The notes under the pieces: generated by a model | Told to the model about the DNA's origin: nothing | Database searches by the model: none | Seen by the model: only the letters and a program-made list of their open reading frames with translations | Shown: positions 10,684 through 17,413 of the stretch, piece by piece | Numbering within the stretch: position 1 is the first letter of the stretch | How the letters are laid out: every line of letters begins with the position of its first letter | Source of the DNA: an uncultured bacterium | GTDB lineage: Bacteria > Fidelibacterota > Marinisomatia > Marinisomatales > UBA1611 | DNA length: 64,000 nt | Direction of reading: 5' to 3' | NCBI GenBank assembly: GCA_965660855.1 | Contig: CBFIBM010000001.1 | Location: 256,001-320,000 of the forward strand | Made by a program: the position numbers and the translations under genes

Positions 10684-12946
10684 TAAGCAAATAATTGTAT
10701 CATTCATATTGATACTTAGTAATTCAGATTTATTTTCCCAAATAACAGCTGGTGGGAACTCTATTCTAAAATTTGGCGAGAGTAAAAATGAATTTCACTA
10801 TTCAGAGGTTTTGCTGAATATGAACTTATCAAATGATTATTTGGAGACTTGGTTTCAATTCGAATACAGCAAACCACCTGAGATTGGGATGAGTATTAAT
10901 GGTCTGAGAAAATTTAGGATTGACTATTCTGATGGCCCTTTCGAATTATCTGTTGGAGATATATATAAAATTTGGGGGAGGGGGTTAATATTGAACCAGT
11001 TTGATGATCAGGATGTAAATCTTGATAATGGTTATAGAGGATTAAGTTTCAGTATAATAAAAGATAACTATACCATTGATTTAATATCTGGAATTTCAAA
11101 TATACATAGAATTAGTCAAGATTACTGGCAAAATATAGATCAAGAATCAAGAAAGCCAAATCATTTATCAAAACATTCTATGTTTGGTAGTGATTTAGAG
11201 TTTTTTCAAGGACCTTTTTCTCTAGGTTTATCCTTTCTTCAAAGTAGAGAGAATCATCCCATCAATAATCCGATCACGATGATGGCAGATAGTATTAATG
11301 TAATTCATCGAATAAATGGTTTAAGAGCCGGATATGAAGGCGGGCGTCTCGCCTCCTACTTAGAATTATCTGGAAAAAATACGCTATTATCTCAATCCGA
11401 AAGTCAAATATATAAGGAAAATTTTAATCCTTATAATGGCTTCAGTCTTTTTGGAAATATTAATTATTATTTTCAAAGTCAGCTTCTAGACGGATGGTCA
11501 TTAACAATGGAGTATAAAAACTACAATACAACAAAATTAAATACATCAGATAAAGACAATTTTGTTAAAAATTATGATATGAATTTAATTTTTACTCAAC
11601 CCCCGACTGTTTTAAGGGAACATAGCAGTGTATTTTTAGCTAGACTTATTCCTCAGGTAAATTTCAGCGATGAAGTAGGTTATCAATTTTCTCTTGTTGG
11701 TCCTATTATGGGGATAGGGTATTTTACTCTCAACTATCAAGCCGCAAGTAGAACAAACTTATGGGGTAAAACATACCCAGATACTGTAAATGCTATATTA
11801 TCTACTAAATGGGAAAGTGATAGTGCAGTTACCGTATTGCCATTCAGTGAAAAATCCGGACTGCCATACAATGAACTTTATCTTGAAATGGAAGGTTACA
11901 TAAAAAATATTAGGTATCAATTTGGCTTTGGTATCACAAACAAAATACCTGAATATCATTCGTCGTATAATAGTGGAAAGAATGGTGTCTGGGATAATGG
12001 TGAAGCGTTTGATGATTTAAATGGCAATAATATTTATGATATTGGAGAAAATTTTACTGATCTTTACAGTATAGTAAATGAAAAAATTGATAATAAAACT
12101 GTTACAGCCATTACAATACCTTCTCTTCTAAATTATAATTTAGGAAATGGGTGGAGTATTGATTTAAAATATGAATTTCAAAAGATTAAAAGTGGTACAA
12201 AATATTATAATTCATTGTCCTCTGATGAAGTATTCTATGATAGTAATGGAAATGGTGTTTGGGATATTGCAGAGTTATTTGAAGATAGTAATGGTGATGG
12301 TATTTGGAACCAAGCTGAAGAGACATGGTATGATTTATGGCAAAGTGGTTTAATACCCGATGAACAATTATACTACTATGATACTGACGGCGATGGTTTA
12401 TTTTCGGAGGGAGAATATTTTACTGATGCTGATGGAAATGGCATGTGGAATTCATCAGAAAACTTAATTGATGAAGATGGTGATGGAATATGGGATGATT
12501 CAGAGTATTTGGAGGATCTAAATAATGATGGAGTCTGGACAAAAAGTGGAGTGTATGAAGATAGGTATCAATCTAATTTTTATTCAAATGATTCAAAAAG
12601 TGGGTTGAGTATTCCTGAAGATTTTCAAAATAATCATCTGATATCACTCGGAATAGGAAAATCGCCTTATTGGTCACTATCTTTAACGGTTGAATCAAGT
12701 TCAACCTATGAATATGGTCCATTAAAAAATAGTGTTGTTAATCCTCTAGAGAGTTTCTTAGGTAATATTATTGATTTAAATAATAAGTGGATTGCTTTAG
12801 AATTTATGGTGAATATAAATTCAAATACTAGGCTCGATTTAATGTACGGTACGCAAAGGGGAGGGATTATTTGCAGTAATGGAATTTGTAGGTATGTTGA
12901 ACCTTTCGATGATGGATTTAAATTAGCGTTATCAACAGTATTTTAA
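10664..12946 (+). CDS. DUF6029-like outer-membrane protein (copy 2) with inserted acidic DxxGxGxWD repeats
   Basis: Shares GDIYKIWGRGLILNQFDDQ, QPPTVLREH and C-terminal GGIICSNGICRYVEPFDDG with 3730..5682, and ends in Phe. Confidence 0.7.
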   Translation: MLKLIFNKQIIVSFILILSNSDLFSQITAGGNSILKFGESKNEFHYSEVLLNMNLSNDYLETWFQFEYSKPPEIGMSINGLRKFRIDYSDGPFELSVGDIYKIWGRGLILNQFDDQDVNLDNGYRGLSFSIIKDNYTIDLISGISNIHRISQDYWQNIDQESRKPNHLSKHSMFGSDLEFFQGPFSLGLSFLQSRENHPINNPITMMADSINVIHRINGLRAGYEGGRLASYLELSGKNTLLSQSESQIYKENFNPYNGFSLFGNINYYFQSQLLDGWSLTMEYKNYNTTKLNTSDKDNFVKNYDMNLIFTQPPTVLREHSSVFLARLIPQVNFSDEVGYQFSLVGPIMGIGYFTLNYQAASRTNLWGKTYPDTVNAILSTKWESDSAVTVLPFSEKSGLPYNELYLEMEGYIKNIRYQFGFGITNKIPEYHSSYNSGKNGVWDNGEAFDDLNGNNIYDIGENFTDLYSIVNEKIDNKTVTAITIPSLLNYNLGNGWSIDLKYEFQKIKSGTKYYNSLSSDEVFYDSNGNGVWDIAELFEDSNGDGIWNQAEETWYDLWQSGLIPDEQLYYYDTDGDGLFSEGEYFTDADGNGMWNSSENLIDEDGDGIWDDSEYLEDLNNDGVWTKSGVYEDRYQSNFYSNDSKSGLSIPEDFQNNHLISLGIGKSPYWSLSLTVESSSTYEYGPLKNSVVNPLESFLGNIIDLNNKWIALEFMVNINSNTRLDLMYGTQRGGIICSNGICRYVEPFDDGFKLALSTVF
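12238..12545 (+). repeat. Coding repeat: ~6 acidic D-x-[ND]-G-[DN]-G-x-W/F units (putative Ca-binding loops)
   Basis: DSNGNGVWD, DSNGDGIWN, DTDGDGLFS, DADGNGMWN, DEDGDGIWD, DLNNDGVWT. Confidence 0.8.
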
Positions 12947-13015
12947 TCTAGCTTTTAATGAAAAATATCAATAAATTGAAAATAATTACATAACTTCAAT
13001 TAAAACAAAACTTAC

Positions 13016-13909
13016 ATGAAAAAATTCATTTTAAAGTTTTTTATTTTATTTTCTATAACATTTCCCTCATTTGTTATATGTCAGGGTCAAATTATACAAG
13101 ATTTTTCCTACCCAATTTGTGCTAATGGTGATGGTGAAACAGTTTTAAATTTTTATGAATCATTCAACGGATCAGTAAACAATTGTGAGTATAAAGTAGT
13201 TCTTGCTACACTTTTCACCTCCTGGTGACCATCCTGTATGACGGAGGCTCCGGTTCTAGAAGAAATATTTAACACCTACAAAGATCAAGGATTAGAAGTT
13301 GTTGCATTTGGAGCCGACTGGTATCCTGATGGACCCTATACTTGTGAAGGGTGGGATCAACAATTTAATCTTTCTTACCCAATACTTGATTTTGAGACAG
13401 GATTAGAAAATTGGTATTGGGAGTCAGCTCCGTATGATTTATACCAGCCCGAGTTAGGTTGGGGGTTACCTTTTAATGTAATAATAAATCATGAGATGGA
13501 AGTTTTATGGGGTGCAGCAGCCAACTTTGAGGGTGATGTAATGGCTGAGGCTATAGGTGTTATTGAATCAGCTCTCCAAGCGTTGAATGAAGAATTTCCC
13601 GATGGTCCAGGGGATGATGATGGAGATGGAATAGCAAATGGTTGTGATCCTTGTCCAGAATCTCATTTACACCATCCTGGAAATTTTGATTTTTCTCAGG
13701 TTTATTCACATTTTGATAATGGTGCAGTCTTTGTACCATCTGTAGATATTTTTGATTTAATACTATTTTCAGATTATATAATGGATGGTGGCTACCTAAC
13801 TGATTGTATCTTAGAGGCGCACGATATTACCGGGGATGGTTATGTCAATCCTTTCGATGTTATAGCATTAGCTCAATTAATTCTTGGAAATGATTGGGGT
13901 TTAAATTAG
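13016..13909 (+). CDS. Putative selenoprotein: exported redoxin (UxxC) + short TSP3-like motif + dockerin-like domain
   Basis: ORFs 13016..13228 and 13238..13909 are in the same frame and joined by one TGA (13226-13228), reading ATLFTSW-U-PSCMTEAP. Homologous throughout to 5761..6645. Confidence 0.9.
13229..13260 (+). promoter_or_regulatory. Candidate bacterial SECIS hairpin
   Basis: CGGA(13242-13245)-GGC-TCCG(13249-13252), with the same GGC loop and 17-nt spacing as at 6006-6020. Confidence 0.65.
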
Positions 13910-13931
13910 CCTGATTATTTTCTTCTTATAA

Positions 13932-14855
13932 ATGAAATTATTTTATCATATTTTTCAGAAGAGTATTATTATTTTTGTTTTAATTTATACTTCTACCACT
14001 TCAGAAATGCAAGGTCAGGTAGCTGTAGGTGACACTATAAACCCTTCTCAATTAAGTTTACCAATTTGCGCTAATCAAGAACCCTTTGGCCCTTCAGAGC
14101 AATTTTTTGATATTTCGATTTATAATAACCCAGATCAAGATTCACAATCAAAAGTAATTTTACTTTCTATTTTTACATCATGGTGCGGATTTTGTCAAAC
14201 TGAAGCTACACACTTACAAGATTTACATACTGAATTTGCCGATGATGGATTGTTAGTTGTTTCAGCTGGAGGAGATTGGGGTTTTCCATATGATTGTGAG
14301 GGTTGGTCTAATGAATTTGATTTAAGTTATCCAATATTAGATTTTATGAATCCCTTTAATCCTAATTGGGGAGAAGCGCCATTAATGACCTATTTAGGAG
14401 TAGCTGCAATACCCTTTAATGTAATTATAGATCATAGGAACATAGTCTCAAATATTATAATAGGATATAATGAGGAAATATTGAACCTAGCTATTGAAGA
14501 TGCTCTTGAAGCAATGATTCAAGATAGTGATGGTGATGGAATTAATTCTGAAGCAGATAACTGTCCATCAATATTCAACCCAGGTCAATCTGATTTTGAC
14601 GGTGATGGCATAGGAGATGTCTGCGATGCTTGTGATAATCTTAATATATTTGTTAACGGAAATCTTAATGGTACATTAAATCTTGATCAAGAACCAACCA
14701 TTGATATTCTAGACTTATTGTTACTGGCCGACTTCCTTGAGGGATTACCAGATCAAAATATCTGTCATGAGGCTGCCTCTGATATTAATGAGGATTCTAA
14801 TATAAATTTACTTGATGTATTTTCACTTGCCTATCAAATTACTGGGCAAAATTAA
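13932..14855 (+). CDS. Exported redoxin (CxxC, Cys paralogue of the selenoproteins) + TSP3-like repeats + dockerin-like domain
   Basis: Signal peptide, PICAN, IFTSWCGFCQTEA, IPFNVIID, DSDGDGINSEADNCP..CDAC and a dockerin-like tail. Confidence 0.88.
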   Translation: MKLFYHIFQKSIIIFVLIYTSTTSEMQGQVAVGDTINPSQLSLPICANQEPFGPSEQFFDISIYNNPDQDSQSKVILLSIFTSWCGFCQTEATHLQDLHTEFADDGLLVVSAGGDWGFPYDCEGWSNEFDLSYPILDFMNPFNPNWGEAPLMTYLGVAAIPFNVIIDHRNIVSNIIIGYNEEILNLAIEDALEAMIQDSDGDGINSEADNCPSIFNPGQSDFDGDGIGDVCDACDNLNIFVNGNLNGTLNLDQEPTIDILDLLLLADFLEGLPDQNICHEAASDINEDSNINLLDVFSLAYQITGQN

Positions 14856-15001
14856 AATAGGATAAAGGCCTTGAGCAAAGTTATACTTTTATCGTTGGTT
14901 ATTTATTATCAAATTTTGAACCTATATAAAAAGGTATCTATTTTGTATAATCAGGTTCTATTTACAAAATTTTAACAAAAATTATTTTAAAAAGATCAGT
15001 T

Positions 15002-15916
15002 TTGTTAAAAAAAAATTTTAAAAAAATAAATTACCTCAAAGTATTTACAATACTTTTATTGCAATCATTATTATATAGTCAAATTGCAATTGGTGATACT
15101 GTCTTTAATCTGCAATTACCAATATGTGCTAATTCTGATCCTGATATTCACGAACAGCAATATTTTGATATAAATGATTATAATGGTTTTCCCGAAAGTA
15201 CTATCAGCCCAAGGGTAATTCTTCTTGCAATCTTTACTTCATGGTGTGCGTATTGTCAAACTGAAGCGTTCCTTTTAGAAGATTTACATGAGGAGTATAT
15301 TGATGATGGATTATTGGTCCTTTCTGCTGGTGGTGATTGGGGCTTCCCATATGATTGTAGTGGTTGGGCAAATTCATTTAATTTAACTCATCCAATATTA
15401 AATTTTATGACAACTAATGTGGAAAGTTGGGAAGATGCTCAATTGATAAACTATTTGGGAGTTGGTATTGTACCACATGCTGTTGTAATTGATCATCGAA
15501 ATATTCTTTCAAACACCATTGTGGGTTATAATCCTAATGCTTTGAATCAAGCTGTTGAAAGTGCGCTTGAAACAATGGCTCAAGACCTTGATGGTGATGG
15601 AGTTTTATTTGATGATGATAATTGTCCTTCAATTCATAACCCAGAACAAATAGATATTGACAATGATAACCTTGGTGATGAATGTGATTTATGTGATAAT
15701 CTTAATAATTTTGTAATTGGCAATCTAAATGGTACACTAGATCAATTTCAGCAAGCAACCATTGATATTTTTGATTTATTGTTATTAACTGATTTTTTAG
15801 ATAATTCTTACGAGAATAATGTATGCTCTAACGCTGTATCCGATATTAATGGTGATAATTCTATAGATCTAATTGACGTATTTACGCTTGCTTATATTAT
15901 TTCAGAACAAAATTAA
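15002..15916 (+). CDS. Exported redoxin (CxxC) + TSP3-like repeats + dockerin-like domain; tandem paralogue of 13932..14855
   Basis: TTG start, PICAN, IFTSWCAYCQTEA, shared SAGGDWGFPYDC, DLDGDGVLFDDDNCP..CDLC. Confidence 0.88.
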   Translation: MLKKNFKKINYLKVFTILLLQSLLYSQIAIGDTVFNLQLPICANSDPDIHEQQYFDINDYNGFPESTISPRVILLAIFTSWCAYCQTEAFLLEDLHEEYIDDGLLVLSAGGDWGFPYDCSGWANSFNLTHPILNFMTTNVESWEDAQLINYLGVGIVPHAVVIDHRNILSNTIVGYNPNALNQAVESALETMAQDLDGDGVLFDDDNCPSIHNPEQIDIDNDNLGDECDLCDNLNNFVIGNLNGTLDQFQQATIDIFDLLLLTDFLDNSYENNVCSNAVSDINGDNSIDLIDVFTLAYIISEQN

Positions 15917-15974
15917 AAAAAAATAAATTTTTTGAAAGGAAGTCTGTAATTTCAATCCTATTCAAAGAGTATAT

Positions 15975-16048
15975 GCGCCCGTAGCTCAACTGGATAGAGT
16001 GTCTGGCTACGGACCAGAAGGTTGGGGGTTCGAATCCTCCCGGGCGTA
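15975..16048 (+). tRNA. tRNA-Arg (anticodon ACG, read as ICG); CCA not encoded
   Basis: Acceptor GCGCCCG/CGGGCGT, D-arm TAGCTCAACTGGATAGAG, anticodon arm TCTGG-CTACGGA-CCAGA (ACG at 16009-16011), T-arm GGGGG-TTCGAAT-CCTCC. Confidence 0.97.
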
Positions 16049-16056
16049 CTGACGAC

Positions 16057-16091
16057 AAACCCTTCTTTTCAGAGGGGTTTTTTGTTTTTTT
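16057..16091 (+). terminator. Rho-independent terminator after tRNA-Arg
   Basis: AAACCCTTCT-TTTC-AGAGGGGTTT hairpin followed by a T-run. Confidence 0.85.
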
Positions 16092-16136
16092 GAAAGTGTA
16101 ATTTTGTGTAAATAAGATGCAGTAGACGGGATTAAG

Positions 16137-16157
16137 AATGTCCCAAAAATGTCCCAA
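16137..16157. repeat. Tandem direct repeat AATGTCCCAA x2 (possible integrase arm-type binding sites)
   Basis: Exact 10-mers at 16137-16146 and 16148-16157, abutting the stop codon of the integrase remnant. Confidence 0.55.
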
Positions 16158-16325
16158 TTACAACTGATTGATAATAGGGGATAGTTTATCTACATTAATA
16201 TGGACATATTGAGCAGTAACATCATCAGCCTTATGTCCTAATAGATATTTGGTATCCCACTTGGTAGCACCAAACTCTTTCAGGTGCGTAGAGAATGAAT
16301 CGCGAAGAGTATGCAAATCGCTATG
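16158..16325 (-). pseudogene. Tyrosine recombinase/integrase C-terminal remnant
   Basis: The minus strand reads HSDLHTLRDSFSTHLKEFGATKWDTKYLLGHKADDVTAQYVHINVDKLSPIINQL*, containing box II H-x-L-R, LLGH and the catalytic Y. No ATG in frame upstream before a stop. Confidence 0.85.
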
Positions 16326-16608
16326 AATTATATTTAATGTAGAATTTTTGTAATATTCATATCTTGAGTAATTTATTTTTTTTATAAAGTTTTTTAAATG
16401 AAAATAATCATTAATGATTATTCAATCTATTTACTTATTAATCTTGATTAATTCTTTTTCGTTTGCTCAGGAAACATGATTTATTTAAAATTTGCCATAA
16501 ACTGACTATTGAGCTTATATTCTAGTAGAGTAAAGTACTCACGAGGTAAGTGAAAAAGTTAAATAATTGAAGATCACACGGTGCGGTGTGTCTTATATGG
16601 AGTTCAAC

Positions 16609-17403
16609 ATGTCGAAAAGAATGAATAGTTCTATTCTTATTCGTGCAGTTCAAATTATAATTTGGACTAGCCTATTTCTACTTATTTTAACCCCCACATC
16701 CCTAATATATGGTCAGGATGCTGAAGATGATGTTGAAGAATATTTTGGAGATGATGATGAATATTTAGATGATGAAGAATACCTTGATGATGAAGAATAC
16801 CTTGATGATGATGAATATGACGATGAATATGACGATGAAGAATATGATGATGAAGAATATGACGATGAAGAATATGAGGATGAAGAATATGAGGATGAAA
16901 TTCTTGAGGATAGTGCTGAAAATTTAGGTTACACAATTGACCTCGCTCTCGGTTCACCGCGATTCACAAATAGAGTACTCATGGATTGGACTTCTGCAGT
17001 CGACCTTCGGGCAAGTGTAGAGTTTCCAATTTTAATGCAATTGCTTGGTGCAAATTTTAGATTTGGTGCTGAAGTTGGTTCTTTCAAGTTTGAGAATGCT
17101 ATTCCTAAAGAAGAGGCAGATGGAAGCCTCCTTCAATTAGGTGAGACAATAAGTGGCATTACTGCTATGGGTATTGTTTCGTTTCCAGCAGGACCGGGAA
17201 AAATTAAATTTGGTGCTGGTCTTGTAGGCTCTTCTCCAGGTTTTTCCATGGAAGCTTCATACGGTATACGCATAGGTGAAATGGTAGAGATAAGAGGTGG
17301 GATTAGATCTACAGAAGCATTAAATACGAAAACTTCTGAATCCAATGAACTTGGTAGGGCGGGTTGGATGGATGGACAAATTGTTTTAGGTGTAAACCTT
17401 TAA
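16609..17403 (+). CDS. Exported protein with long Asp/Glu/Tyr repeat and probable small beta-barrel C-terminus
   Basis: ATG 16609 is preceded by GGAG (the ORF track starts at TTG 16567). Signal peptide ending IYG-Q, an acidic tract, then amphipathic strands ending WMDGQIVLGVNL. Confidence 0.7.
   Translation: MSKRMNSSILIRAVQIIIWTSLFLLILTPTSLIYGQDAEDDVEEYFGDDDEYLDDEEYLDDEEYLDDDEYDDEYDDEEYDDEEYDDEEYEDEEYEDEILEDSAENLGYTIDLALGSPRFTNRVLMDWTSAVDLRASVEFPILMQLLGANFRFGAEVGSFKFENAIPKEEADGSLLQLGETISGITAMGIVSFPAGPGKIKFGAGLVGSSPGFSMEASYGIRIGEMVEIRGGIRSTEALNTKTSESNELGRAGWMDGQIVLGVNL
16750..16899 (+). repeat. Imperfect tandem repeat (18-nt then 12/15-nt units) encoding (DDEEYL)n(DDEEY)n
   Basis: GATGATGAAGAATACCTT-like units followed by GA[CTG]GATGAAGAATAT units. 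Confidence 0.9.
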
Positions 17404-17413
17404 AATCTAAACA

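Noticed and set aside
2254..13228. In-frame TGAs as evidence of a reassigned genetic code (TGA=Trp/Gly)
   Set aside because: Trp is encoded by TGG throughout, even directly before two of the TGAs. TGA is a normal stop at 2019-2021, 3731-3733, 48958-48960 and 50184-50186. The in-frame TGAs occur only at Cys-equivalent catalytic positions.
5761..13909. Treating 5761..5994/6007..6645 and 13016..13228/13238..13909 as separate genes or nonsense pseudogenes
   Set aside because: The pieces are in the same frame, the stop sits at the same catalytic codon in diverged paralogues, downstream frames are intact and SECIS-like hairpins are present. Read-through explains this better.
15897..16157. 86-aa minus-strand ORF
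   Set aside because: It overlaps the tRNA and its terminator in antisense and is spurious.
16414..16479. Mini-ORF MIIQSIYLLILINSFSFAQET ending in TGA (signal-peptide-like); considered as another Sec read-through
   Set aside because: A TAA follows two codons later, with no redox motif or hairpin. At most it is the remnant of a deleted exported gene beside the integrase scar.
16750..16899. Possible CRISPR array
   Set aside because: The units are contiguous in-frame coding repeats without unique spacers, and there are no cas genes in the window.
16682..16957. His-rich 91-aa minus-strand ORF
   Set aside because: It is the antisense shadow of the GAT/GAA acidic repeat in the + strand gene.
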